Assembly: GCA_037442925.1 (NCBI GenBank) | Contig: JBBIPG010000010.1 | Span: 1-48,177, forward strand | Reading direction: 5' to 3' | Length of the DNA: 48,177 bases | Source of the DNA: Candidatus Fraserbacteria bacterium | Lineage (GTDB): Bacteria > Bipolaricaulota > Bipolaricaulia > RBG-16-55-9 | Notes under the pieces: generated by a model | Told to the model about the DNA's origin: nothing | Seen by the model: the letters and a program-made list of their open reading frames with translations, nothing else | Databases searched by the model: none | Shown here: piece by piece, positions 11,710-20,401 of the stretch | Layout: each line of letters begins with the position of its first letter | How positions within the stretch are numbered: position 1 is the stretch's first letter | Translations under genes and position numbers: made by a program

Positions 11710-11855
11710 TGGGAGAGGACTGCCACAGCCTCAATCTCCGTTTGATCTGTGGCTGTAGTGCCCGCGACCCAGATAGTGTTTCCGACCTTGACGGCTCGAG
11801 AATACCCAACGATGGGCTCCCAGGGAGTCCCGGATGAGATGTTTTCCCGTTTCAT
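11706..11855 (-). pseudogene. Internally deleted RidA/YjgF-family gene (49 aa)
   Basis: Rid-type N-terminus [30 protein letters not shown] joins in frame directly to the family C-terminal EIEAVAV; AGGAGG SD upstream. Confidence 0.8.
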
Positions 11856-11924
11856 GCTTCCCATCCTCCTTGCGGCGTTGGCACTCTTCATGACTGAATA
11901 GTAGCATACGCCATGGAGGCGGAA

Positions 11925-12398
11925 ATGGAAAGACTTCATCCATCAGCGGAGAGGGTTCAGGTCGCTCTGCGAGCGTTGGGTTTTGCTGTAGATGTGAAAG
12001 AGCTTCCCGAGAGCACGCGCACGGCTCCGGAGGCAGCGCGAGCAGTCGGTGTCACGGTGGGTCAGATTGTGAAAAGTCTCGTCTTCATGGCGGGCGATCA
12101 GGCACTACTGGTGTGTGCTTCGGGGAGCAATCGCGTTAGCTTGGACAAACTGAGGCAATTGATGGGGCGGCCGGTGCGGCAGGCCTCTGCCGATGAGGTG
12201 AGAAACGCGACGGGCTTTGCCATCGGCGGAGTTCCACCTACTGGTCATGCAAAGCGACTTCGGACCCTCATCGACCGAGATCTAATGCAATACAGTGAAA
12301 TCTGTGCAGCAGCAGGCACTCCCAATGCTGTCTTCCTCACTAGACCTCAAGAGTTGCTCGAAATGACGAGTGGCGAGCTGGCTGATGTGAAAGAGTAA
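11925..12398 (+). CDS. YbaK/EbsC-family aminoacyl-tRNA deacylase (trans-editing)
   Basis: [28 protein letters not shown] and [10 protein letters not shown] motifs; GGAGG SD before ATG 11925. Confidence 0.9.
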   Translation: MERLHPSAERVQVALRALGFAVDVKELPESTRTAPEAARAVGVTVGQIVKSLVFMAGDQALLVCASGSNRVSLDKLRQLMGRPVRQASADEVRNATGFAIGGVPPTGHAKRLRTLIDRDLMQYSEICAAAGTPNAVFLTRPQELLEMTSGELADVKE

Positions 12399-12410
12399 GA
12401 CGCATTGAGC

Positions 12411-13412
12411 TCAGCTGCTCTCGAACGCGTGAGAAATGAACTCGAGCGAGCGATCATAACGGTATCCGATATCCATGTGCGTGTCCTCGAATTCTTCATA
12501 GAAGTGCTTGATTTGCAGCTTCTTGAGCTTACTTGAGAAGATGCGTGCCCCCGCGTAGAGACGAAACTCGTCTTTCGTCCCACAATCGAGAAAAATCTTG
12601 AGACGGCGAAGAGCTTGCTTGTAACGCTCGACCATTCTCACTGGGTCCCACGCGAGCCAACGTTGCCAGACGTCCTCGCGTAGTTCACACGTCTTTGTAT
12701 CAAAGGGCAGATCAAAAAGATGCGGCTTCGTCTTGGGGTTGGGCGAGTAACACGCGGCCATGGCGATCACGTTCAGCGTGAGGAGATCTTCCATTTTCTT
12801 TTTGGGCTTCTTGTAGAAAGCGTTGAGGTACTTCTCGATGCTCTTGTGCTTCTCCAGCTCGATCATCGCCGCCGGGAAATCCGGTAGATAGCAGTATTCG
12901 AAAGCCATATCTCCACTGTGGCAGGCTGTCACTCCAAAGAGATCGGGATGGCGCATCGCTAACACAATGGCTCCGTAGCCTCCGCTGGATTTGCCCACGA
13001 CCGCCCGCTGCGATGGTTCTGGTAGCGTGCGGTATTTCTTATCTATGAATGGGACTAACTCTTTGAGGATGTGCGTCTCATAGCGTCCCGTGGCGGTTGA
13101 GTCGAGATACTGGCTGCCGCCGTAACGTGTGAAACAATCAGGCATGACGACGATGGCCGGCCGGATCGTCTTGCTGGCGATGAGGCGATCAAGTCGTTGA
13201 TCGATGGCCTCGCCGAAGGCGGAGCGATTCAGCGACATGATGCCACGACCTGTGAATCCCGTAAGAAGGTAGATCACAGGGTAACGCTTTTTGGATGCAT
13301 CGTAGTCGGATGGAAGGTAGATCGGCACCTCTCTTACGTGTGGATCGTTCAGGGGATTGTCCTTCAGGCACTGGCTGCTGAGATTTTCGATGACAATACG
13401 GCCACGGGACAT
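12411..13412 (-). CDS. Alpha/beta-hydrolase esterase (Fes/antigen-85-like)
   Basis: IYLPSDY...RYPVIYLL, nucleophile elbow GKSSGGYG, DCGTKDEF, FEDTH; AGGAGG SD before ATG 13412. Confidence 0.85.
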   Translation of the reverse strand: MSRGRIVIENLSSQCLKDNPLNDPHVREVPIYLPSDYDASKKRYPVIYLLTGFTGRGIMSLNRSAFGEAIDQRLDRLIASKTIRPAIVVMPDCFTRYGGSQYLDSTATGRYETHILKELVPFIDKKYRTLPEPSQRAVVGKSSGGYGAIVLAMRHPDLFGVTACHSGDMAFEYCYLPDFPAAMIELEKHKSIEKYLNAFYKKPKKKMEDLLTLNVIAMAACYSPNPKTKPHLFDLPFDTKTCELREDVWQRWLAWDPVRMVERYKQALRRLKIFLDCGTKDEFRLYAGARIFSSKLKKLQIKHFYEEFEDTHMDIGYRYDRSLEFISHAFESS

Positions 13413-13493
13413 TGTGTACCTCCTGCGTTGCGTGATCACTGGAAGGTATTGTGGCGGCAACTGAAGTCGCGGTCAACTGGGATGGTGAGCTGC

Positions 13494-13523
13494 TTGACGC
13501 CTTTCATCACTGTCCGTTACAAT
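13494..13523 (+). promoter_or_regulatory. sigma70-type promoter of the Paa-like cluster
   Basis: TTGACG (13494-13499), 18 bp, TACAAT (13518-13523). Confidence 0.55.
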
Positions 13524-13554
13524 CCCGCTCAATGAGATGGTGCGGGAGGTAGGC

Positions 13555-14496
13555 ATGACTGTCGTCTCCGATGAGGTTCTAAAGCAGAAGATCCAAGAAG
13601 GTTATCTGGTAGAAATGCCCGATGAGATGACGGAAAACTACAAGAAGGCGCTCATTCAGATTCTGCTTGTGCAGGCTGACACAGAGCTCATGAGCGCACC
13701 GGCTTACTACATGGCGGCCTGCAGGGCTCCTTCCATCAATACGCGCCTCTCGGCGTATGCGATCATTCAGGATGAGCTAGGCCATGCCCACATCACATTT
13801 CGTCTTCTCGAAGACTTGGGTCTGGACAAAGAGTATCTGATTTACGGCCGCAAGCCACATGAGTTTAAGAATCCCTATGGCTTCGATCAGCCCTTGGAGA
13901 GCTGGGTCGAACTCATTGTGGCCAACGCTCTCTTTGATCGAGCGGGAATTGTTCTGCTAAGCGACCCATTTCAGAACACAAGCTATGGGCCGTGGAAGCG
14001 TGCATTGGCGAAAGTAGACAAAGAAGAGCTTTTTCATCTACGGCATGGCGAGGTCTGGATGAAGCGTCTCTGCCAAGCGGGCGAAAAAGTGAAAGCCGAG
14101 ATCCAGCGCGCTGTCGATTGGATGTTCCCCATGGGGGTGGAGTGGTTCGGCATGCCGGATCATCTAAAGCGCCATACAGCCCAGCTCGAATACAAGCTCA
14201 AGGGTAAGACGAACGATCAACTACGACAAGACTGGCTGAGTGCCGTCGTTCCGCTGTGCGAGTCATGCGGGATCAAGATCCCAGCGCACCATGACGAGAA
14301 TAAGCAACAGTACGTATTGGAATACCCGCTTCCTGTGGAATACGACCCGGAACACAAGCACTGGCTCTTCGATCAGCCCATCACGTGGGATCAGGTCTTT
14401 GACCGCTGGAAGCGCCGCGGGCCGTATAACGAAGAATACGTGAGCATGGTACAGAGGCAGTACAGCCAATTTGCTCGTTTAATCCACGGTGGATGA
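13555..14496 (+). CDS. paaA: Aryl-CoA epoxidase diiron subunit, PaaA-like (divergent)
   Basis: Ferritin-like diiron motifs QADTE, IQDELGH, FDRAG, KEELFHLRHG; TSYGPW and YKLKGKTNDQLRQ as in the PaaA family; GGAGG SD. Confidence 0.75.
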   Translation: MTVVSDEVLKQKIQEGYLVEMPDEMTENYKKALIQILLVQADTELMSAPAYYMAACRAPSINTRLSAYAIIQDELGHAHITFRLLEDLGLDKEYLIYGRKPHEFKNPYGFDQPLESWVELIVANALFDRAGIVLLSDPFQNTSYGPWKRALAKVDKEELFHLRHGEVWMKRLCQAGEKVKAEIQRAVDWMFPMGVEWFGMPDHLKRHTAQLEYKLKGKTNDQLRQDWLSAVVPLCESCGIKIPAHHDENKQQYVLEYPLPVEYDPEHKHWLFDQPITWDQVFDRWKRRGPYNEEYVSMVQRQYSQFARLIHGG

Positions 14497-14816
14497 TGAG
14501 CGCGGGTAGTCTCACCGAAACGCGAGTGTGGGAAGCTCTCAAGGAAGTCAACGATCCTGAGATGCTCATCAGTCTAGTGGACATGGGCATGGTCTATGGG
14601 GTCAGCGTGGAAGGTCGTACCGTAAGAATTCAACTGGGGTTGACAGCTACAGCGTGTCCGGCCATTGAATTCATCCGCGACGACATCACAAGACGCCTGC
14701 AGCAGGAAGGTTTTGACGAGATTGAGATTGAACTCGTATGGGATCCCCCATGGACGAAGGATCGCATCACGGATGAGGGCAGGCTCATGCTCAGCGCGTG
14801 GGGGATCAGTGTATGA
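14493..14816 (+). CDS. paaD: DUF59/PaaD N-terminal metal-cluster maturation protein
   Basis: VWEALKEVNDPEMLISLVDMGMVY, LTATACPA, LVWDPPWTKDRITDEGR. Confidence 0.85.
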   Translation: MMSAGSLTETRVWEALKEVNDPEMLISLVDMGMVYGVSVEGRTVRIQLGLTATACPAIEFIRDDITRRLQQEGFDEIEIELVWDPPWTKDRITDEGRLMLSAWGISV

Positions 14817-14867
14817 GAACGCTCTGTCAACGGATGAGATAGCAGATTAACGGATGGGAGGAAGGGC

Positions 14868-15071
14868 ATGAAATCAGGAGAGGTGTACGAGGTCTTCGCG
14901 CGTCAGAGGCGGAAAGACCCGCTTATGCACGTGGGTAACGTGGTTGCTCCCAATGAGGATCTTGCTGCGGCTTATGCGCGCTCCATCTACAATGAAGAGC
15001 CCTGGATCGAGATGCGAGTCGTGGCCCGTCAGCATCTCAAGCCCGCTATTGAACTTCAGAGGTCCCCATGA
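14868..15071 (+). CDS. paaB: PaaB-like epoxidase subunit
   Basis: YEVFARQ...HVGNVVAPNEDLAAAYARSIY...MRVVAR matches the PaaB pattern; 67 aa. Confidence 0.8.
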   Translation: MKSGEVYEVFARQRRKDPLMHVGNVVAPNEDLAAAYARSIYNEEPWIEMRVVARQHLKPAIELQRSP

Positions 15072-15898
15072 GTGAATACAAATCCCCTCAGGAACTAAGC
15101 GATGAGTGCCAACGGGCGCTGTATGATCTGCTGTTGGTACTGGCGGACAGCAAACACTTGCTTGGCCTGCGTTACGGTGAATGGCTCTGTGCTCCTGCCC
15201 TTGAAGCCTCTATTGCCTCTGTCTCCATGGCACAGGATGAACTGGGTCATGCACGGCTCTTCTACAATCTCGTTCAAGAATTCGTGACTCAAGGCTTTCC
15301 CAAGCGAGATGCGAAATCCAGCGAGTATCGCAATATAGAATTGCTCGATCACGCATTCCCCAGCTGGCCGGACTTCGTCGCAGCGCACGCTCTGGTGGAT
15401 CTCGCTCTGACCATTCAGCTGGAAGCGTTTCAAGCATCGAGCTATCTCCCGTTACGTCGTCTGGTGCCTAAACTTCTGCAAGAAGAGGCATTCCACTTCC
15501 AGCACGCCAAGGGCTGGCTTCTGAGAATTGCACAAGGCAACGAACGCTCGAAAGCCGTACTAGAGAAGGCGATCAAGAAGATCTGGGCTTGCGTACTCTG
15601 CTGGATCGGCAAGCCCGATAGCGATTCGGAACGAGCTTTGCTCTCATCAAAGATTCAAGACATCGACAGTGAAGGACTCCGCGCGAGGTTCACCGAGAGA
15701 CTTGGTCCCGTCTTGCAGCAGGCTCAGTTGAATCTGCCCATTTCGAATGACGCGATCACCGGCCAGTGGGTCCTGGGAACGGAACTCTCGTGGAACGGCT
15801 GGGATGAGACGACACGCCGCTTTTCCAGCACCGGGCCGGATCGAGAGATCTTCTCACAGATTGAGTGCTTTTACACGCACGAGTACCCTGTGACGTGA
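15068..15898 (+). CDS. paaC: PaaC-like epoxidase structural subunit
   Basis: LADSKHLLGLRYGEW..APALEA, AQDELGHARLFY, SSYLPL, EEAFHFQHAKGW. Confidence 0.8.
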   Translation: MSEYKSPQELSDECQRALYDLLLVLADSKHLLGLRYGEWLCAPALEASIASVSMAQDELGHARLFYNLVQEFVTQGFPKRDAKSSEYRNIELLDHAFPSWPDFVAAHALVDLALTIQLEAFQASSYLPLRRLVPKLLQEEAFHFQHAKGWLLRIAQGNERSKAVLEKAIKKIWACVLCWIGKPDSDSERALLSSKIQDIDSEGLRARFTERLGPVLQQAQLNLPISNDAITGQWVLGTELSWNGWDETTRRFSSTGPDREIFSQIECFYTHEYPVT

Positions 15899-15905
15899 GC
15901 GCATC

Positions 15906-16094
15906 GTGAAGAGGACCAGTCACAAAGCGAAGACTACCACGGCAAAGAAAGCAGACGAGAAGGTGGTTCGTTGCCCGTTTTGTCAATCCACGGAGACGGA
16001 GCTCCACTCCCTCTTTGGCTCAATGCTCTCCACGTCGCAGTATTACTGCAAGAACTGCCGAGTCGTCTTCGAACAGATCAAGTGGGAGCGCTGA
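15906..16094 (+). CDS. Stand-alone PaaD-type zinc-ribbon domain
   Basis: VRCPFCQSTETELHSLFGS...YYCKNCRVVFEQIK corresponds to the C-terminal CxxC...CxxC part of canonical PaaD. Confidence 0.85.
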   Translation: MKRTSHKAKTTTAKKADEKVVRCPFCQSTETELHSLFGSMLSTSQYYCKNCRVVFEQIKWER

Positions 16095-16116
16095 GGCTTG
16101 GGTGTTAAGGAGCAGC

Positions 16117-16602
16117 ATGTCTGACCGCATGATGATCGATGAGAGTTGGTACACCCGACCCCCGAATGTTGCGCTTCGAATCTCCGCTGGGGGTGTTGTC
16201 ACCCGAGTTGAGGAGGGCCGAGTTCATGTCGCCCTAGTGAAAGAGGTCGGCCTATCGGGAGGCTACATTCTTCCCAAAGGTGGCGTCCGCAAAGGGGAAA
16301 GCTTGCTGGAGGCGGCGTGTCGTGAGATCGCAGAAGAAGCTGGACTAACCGAGCTGCAGCTGATCGACAACTTAGGCATCGCCGGGCATCTGAACGTGGA
16401 GAGGACGACCTGGGTGCAAGCTCACTATTTTCTGTTCACGACCGAGCAACTAGCTGGACAACCTACGGATGTGGAGCATCATTACGGTCTCGCTTGGTTC
16501 CCCATCCATGAGCTTCCAGAGATGTTCTGGCGCGATCAACGGCAGCTAATCGAGGAGAATCGCCACAAGATCGTAGAACTCACCTTGAATCACAAATCAT
16601 AG
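16117..16602 (+). CDS. NUDIX hydrolase
   Basis: SAGGVV and Nudix box PKGGVRKGESLLEAACREIAEEAGL; AAGGAG SD before ATG 16117. Confidence 0.9.
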   Translation: MSDRMMIDESWYTRPPNVALRISAGGVVTRVEEGRVHVALVKEVGLSGGYILPKGGVRKGESLLEAACREIAEEAGLTELQLIDNLGIAGHLNVERTTWVQAHYFLFTTEQLAGQPTDVEHHYGLAWFPIHELPEMFWRDQRQLIEENRHKIVELTLNHKS

Positions 16603-16614
16603 GAGCAATGAGCC

Positions 16615-17163
16615 ATGTTCAGTTGCCGATTGGATGCGGAGGCAGAGCTTCGCTTGCTGGAAGAGCATCAGGCGGCAGAGCTCTTCATGCTGACCGACCG
16701 GAATCGGTCGCACTTGCGCCGGTGGCTTCCCTGGGTGGATGCGACGACCTCGGTGGAAGTGACACGAAAATTCATCAAGAACGCCCTCAAGCAGTTTGCG
16801 ACGGGCCGAGGCTTTCAGGCAGGTCTCTGGTATCAAAGCAGAATGGCTGGCGTGATCGGCTACCACAAGATCGATTGGTTCAACCGCAAGACGAGCCTTG
16901 GCTATTGGTTGGGCATGGAGTTTCAGGGCAAGGGCTTGATGACGAAGGCTTGCCAAGCCATGCTCGATTATGCCTTCCATGAGCTGAAACTCAACCGTGT
17001 GGAAATTCGCTGCGCCACGGAAAACAAGAGGAGCCGTGCCATTCCGGAGAGGCTGGGCTTTGTGCAAGAGGGGATCAGTCGACAGGCAGAATGGCTTTAC
17101 GATCACTACGTCGATCACGTCATTTACGGCGTGTTAGCCAGTGAATGGCGACGAGGTCGCTGA
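16615..17163 (+). CDS. RimJ/RimL-family GNAT N-acetyltransferase
   Basis: NRSHLRRWLPW, LGYWLGMEFQGKGLMT, LNRVEIRCATENKRSRAIPERLGFVQEG. Confidence 0.9.
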   Translation: MFSCRLDAEAELRLLEEHQAAELFMLTDRNRSHLRRWLPWVDATTSVEVTRKFIKNALKQFATGRGFQAGLWYQSRMAGVIGYHKIDWFNRKTSLGYWLGMEFQGKGLMTKACQAMLDYAFHELKLNRVEIRCATENKRSRAIPERLGFVQEGISRQAEWLYDHYVDHVIYGVLASEWRRGR

Positions 17164-17164
17164 G

Positions 17165-17998
17165 TCACCTAGGCCTGCGTGCCGTGATGCTACTGCTTGT
17201 GAAACGGCCCACGAGATCCTCAACCACATGAGGTGCTAGACCCGCTAAGGGCTTTATATGCATGACATCATCCGTGCAGTAGCGATGCTGGATTTTGATC
17301 TCGATATCTTCAAAACCCGCATTTCTTAGATGCTCTTGGTATTCGCTCTTGGTCAATGCGCCGGCAATGCAGCCAACCCAGCTTAAGGCCGCGCGAATCT
17401 GCTCTTCACTTACGGGGAGCCCGTGTAGATCCGGGTCGATGACAATGTCAGATACGGCCAGACGACCGCCTGGCTTAAGAACTCTGAATGCTTCGCGTAG
17501 CGCTTGCCCTTTGTCGGGTGTCAGATTGATCACGCAGTTCGAAATGATCACATCTACACTGGCATCAGGCAATGGGATCGTTTCGATGTCGCCCTTGAGG
17601 AATTCCGTGTTCGTGAGTCCCGCTTTCGTAGCGTTGCTGCGAGCCAGGTCCAGCATCGCCTCGGTCATGTCCAGGCCATGGACGAAGCCTGTCGCCCCAA
17701 CGCGACCAGCTGCCAGCAAGACGTCCATTCCTCCTCCCGATCCCAGATCGAGGACGATCTCGCCTGGCTGGAGGTTCGCAAGAGCCACCGGGTTCCCGCA
17801 GCCGCGGGAGCTCATGGCCGCCTCCGCTGGGATCTGGGCCAACTCGTCCGTCGTGTAGGGGGGTGCACTGTCTCCACTGCAGCAGGCATTCGCCGAACTT
17901 GTGCAACAGTTTGCATCGCGCGCAGCACTTGAAGCTACTTTACCGTAATGCAAGCGGACGGCCTCTTTGATCGTTTCGGGTCTTGTTCCGTTAGCCAT
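17165..17998 (-). CDS. arsM: Arsenite S-adenosylmethionine methyltransferase
   Basis: GCGNP, SAM motif VLDLGSGGGMD, ISNCVINL, WVGCIAGAL; N-terminal CC pairs; ars context. Confidence 0.9.
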   Translation of the reverse strand: MANGTRPETIKEAVRLHYGKVASSAARDANCCTSSANACCSGDSAPPYTTDELAQIPAEAAMSSRGCGNPVALANLQPGEIVLDLGSGGGMDVLLAAGRVGATGFVHGLDMTEAMLDLARSNATKAGLTNTEFLKGDIETIPLPDASVDVIISNCVINLTPDKGQALREAFRVLKPGGRLAVSDIVIDPDLHGLPVSEEQIRAALSWVGCIAGALTKSEYQEHLRNAGFEDIEIKIQHRYCTDDVMHIKPLAGLAPHVVEDLVGRFTSSSITARRPR

Positions 17999-18470
17999 AG
18001 GTTCCTCCTTCGTTCCCTTTGTGTGAAGTAGCGGTTGACAGTTCGACCATCATGACTTGTGCGCTCTTAGGGCAGGCGTGGGTGAACTCAACCGAGCGCT
18101 GCACTTCCGGCAGGACATCCGAGCGGGATATGCGCCGAAAGCCAAACCGTGCAAAGAAGTGAGCCGCTGTCTCGGTTAATAGATAGACGGTCTTGACGCC
18201 CCGCTGCTTGGCAAGATCTAGGGCAGCTTGGGTGAGTCTCTGCCCAAGGCCCTGGCCTCGCCGTGACGGCTCGACGGCGACCGAGCGAAGAAGCGCTGAT
18301 GCCCCATAGAGTTCCAAAGCAGCGCTTCCCACGACTTGACTTCCATCGCGTGCGACCAGTGTGGTCGCCCAATGATCGCTCAAGCCATCTTGGGGTAGAT
18401 CGCTCTGCTGGAGCAACTGGAGAACCGCAGAGTGGTCCTCCTGCTGCGCACTTCTGATGTCCATTCGCAT
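17991..18470 (-). CDS. arsN2: Arsenic-resistance GNAT N-acetyltransferase
   Basis: ALLRSVAV, RRGQGLG, YLLTETAAHFF, SVEFTHACPKSA; lies between arsR and arsM. Confidence 0.8.
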   Translation of the reverse strand: MRMDIRSAQQEDHSAVLQLLQQSDLPQDGLSDHWATTLVARDGSQVVGSAALELYGASALLRSVAVEPSRRGQGLGQRLTQAALDLAKQRGVKTVYLLTETAAHFFARFGFRRISRSDVLPEVQRSVEFTHACPKSAQVMMVELSTATSHKGNEGGTYG

Positions 18471-18484
18471 CTTGTCTCCACTGC

Positions 18485-18500
18485 ATTGATGATCTTCAAT
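18485..18500. promoter_or_regulatory. Putative second ArsR operator between arsR and arsN2
   Basis: Palindrome ATTGA-N6-TCAAT; the surrounding 21-mer is 16/21 identical (inverted) to the site in the arsR promoter. Confidence 0.6.
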
Positions 18501-18524
18501 GTATTGAACCACAAAAATTTCATC

Positions 18525-18887
18525 TCACGTCAAAGCTTTAAGACCCTGCGCAATGCGGCTGCCTAATTCTCTTAGCACATCACGATTGATGAAGTAATAG
18601 GCCCACAAACCCTGACGCTCACAATCGATCAATCCTGCCTCGCGCAAGAGCCTAAGATGATGCGAGATCGTTGGCTGTTTCACCGGCAGAGCCTCTTCCA
18701 AATCGCAGACACAGACTTTGCCCTCATTGCGGGAGAGTATATCCAGAATCTGTAATCTCACGGGGTGAGCCAATGCGTGAAGGTCTTGACTGAGTTGCTT
18801 GGCCGTCTTAGGCTCCAGTCGGAACTCCATTAGGCTCTCACAGCAACGTGTTCCTCGTTTGCGCTCTTCGATCTGAACCGTCTCCAT
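18525..18887 (-). CDS. arsR: ArsR/SmtB-family repressor
   Basis: ALAHPVRLQIL, As-binding VCVCDL, KQPTISHHLRLLREAGLI; N-terminal CC. Confidence 0.93.
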   Translation of the reverse strand: METVQIEERKRGTRCCESLMEFRLEPKTAKQLSQDLHALAHPVRLQILDILSRNEGKVCVCDLEEALPVKQPTISHHLRLLREAGLIDCERQGLWAYYFINRDVLRELGSRIAQGLKALT

Positions 18888-18896
18888 GGTAAAAGC

Positions 18897-18926
18897 ATTC
18901 TAGCCTATATATCGAAGATTGTCAAT
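18897..18926 (-). promoter_or_regulatory. ars promoter with overlapping ArsR operator
   Basis: TTGACA (18925-18920), 17 bp, TAGAAT (18902-18897); imperfect palindrome ATCGA-N6-TCAAT at 18911-18926. Confidence 0.8.
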
Positions 18927-18934
18927 ACGTTGAA

Positions 18935-19561
18935 TTACGGCCTTATGATCGTGACTTTACTCATTACGATCGATTCGAGTGGCCGCTGGGTTTGAGGATC
19001 TGTGGGCACTTGGCCGATCTTCAGTACGACATCCAGCCCTTCGGTCACACGGCCGAAGACCGCATAGCTTCCATCCAAGCGAGGTTGCGGAGCCAAGGTG
19101 ATGTAAAACTGACTGCCGGCGGAGTCCACATCGTTGGCGCGCCGAGCCATGGCGACTACACCCGCTGCGTCGTGCTTGAGCTCGGGGATGAACTCGGCCT
19201 TGATCGTGTAGCCGGGGCCGCCCGTGCCATCACCGTTGGGATCTCCGCCCTGAATGACGAAGCCGGGGACAACTCTGTGAAACGTGAGGCCGTCGTAAAA
19301 GCCCTTCTCAGCCAGATCGATGAAGTTCTGCGCCGTGATGGGAGCTTTGTCAAGAAAAAGTTCGAACTTGAAGGTGCCCATGTTCGTCTCCACGATGGCG
19401 ATTGGGTTTGTTGTCTGCCCGGCACGCGGAGTTGCGATCTGCTGTCCCGTAGGCTTGGAGCCTTCTGCTGGCTGAGTTCCGCGTGGTTGGGCGAAGAGGA
19501 AGTATGCCCCGATACCCAAGGCGATGACGGCCAACGCAATCAAGATGCCACTGAGCTTCAC
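18935..19561 (-). CDS. Cyclophilin-type peptidyl-prolyl isomerase with N-terminal membrane anchor
   Basis: [54 protein letters not shown]. Confidence 0.95.
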   Translation of the reverse strand: MKLSGILIALAVIALGIGAYFLFAQPRGTQPAEGSKPTGQQIATPRAGQTTNPIAIVETNMGTFKFELFLDKAPITAQNFIDLAEKGFYDGLTFHRVVPGFVIQGGDPNGDGTGGPGYTIKAEFIPELKHDAAGVVAMARRANDVDSAGSQFYITLAPQPRLDGSYAVFGRVTEGLDVVLKIGQVPTDPQTQRPLESIVMSKVTIIRP

Positions 19562-19578
19562 TGCATCTCACCTCATCA

Positions 19579-20361
19579 TCAGTGACCCGTAAACTGTGGT
19601 TTCCGCTTCTCCGTGAAGGCACTCAAGCCCTCTTGTGCGTCCTTGGTTACGAAGAGGCGATTCTGCAATTCACGCTCAAGAGCTAAACCTGCATCGAGCG
19701 GCATCTCGATGCCCTCTTGTACCGAGCGCTTGATGAGCGAGATCGCCCGTGTAGCACCTCTTGCAAGCTGCTCGGCATACTCCATGGTGCGCGCCCTGAA
19801 TTCCTGGGCATCGAAGACGCGATCGACGAGTCCCATCTGCAAGGCTTCATCCGGGGAGATCAAGCGACCTGTGATCATCAGATCCAGTGCTCGGGATTTT
19901 CCAATGAGCCTGGGCAATCGCTGAGTGCCGCCGGTGCCGGGCAAGACCCCCAGCGTCACTTCGGGAAGCCCCAGTTTGAATTTCTCACCTCGTGCTGCGA
20001 ATCGCAAGTCCGTCGCCAGCGCAATCTCCAAGCCTCCACCGACGCACGTACCATTGAGCGCGCCAATAAAGATCTTCGGAGTGTTCTCCATCTTGTTGAG
20101 CGTCTCTTGGCAGTTGAGACAGAACATCGCTTTGTAGTCCGGATCGCTCTGCTTGAGCATGCGAATGTCTGCTCCGGCAGAGAATATCCCATCCAAAGCG
20201 CTCGTGAGAATGATCACAGATACATCGTCATCGAAACGCGCTTTATCAATGGTCTTGCCTAGTTCGAGCATAAGCTGGTGGTCGTAGCTATTGACGGGCG
20301 GCTTGTTGAGCTTGATCGTGGCGATCCTACCTGCCTTCTCGTACAACACGAGATCTGCCAT
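19579..20361 (-). CDS. Enoyl-CoA hydratase/isomerase (crotonase) family, resembling the BoxC N-terminal domain
   Basis: FSAGADI, NGTCVGGGLEIAL, LPEVTLGVLPGTGG; additional NSYD and YKAMFC....ETLN features. Confidence 0.9.
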   Translation of the reverse strand: MADLVLYEKAGRIATIKLNKPPVNSYDHQLMLELGKTIDKARFDDDVSVIILTSALDGIFSAGADIRMLKQSDPDYKAMFCLNCQETLNKMENTPKIFIGALNGTCVGGGLEIALATDLRFAARGEKFKLGLPEVTLGVLPGTGGTQRLPRLIGKSRALDLMITGRLISPDEALQMGLVDRVFDAQEFRARTMEYAEQLARGATRAISLIKRSVQEGIEMPLDAGLALERELQNRLFVTKDAQEGLSAFTEKRKPQFTGH

Positions 20362-20401
20362 TAGTGATTCCTCCTTTAGGGTTGCTTGGTATTCGCTCGT
20401 C

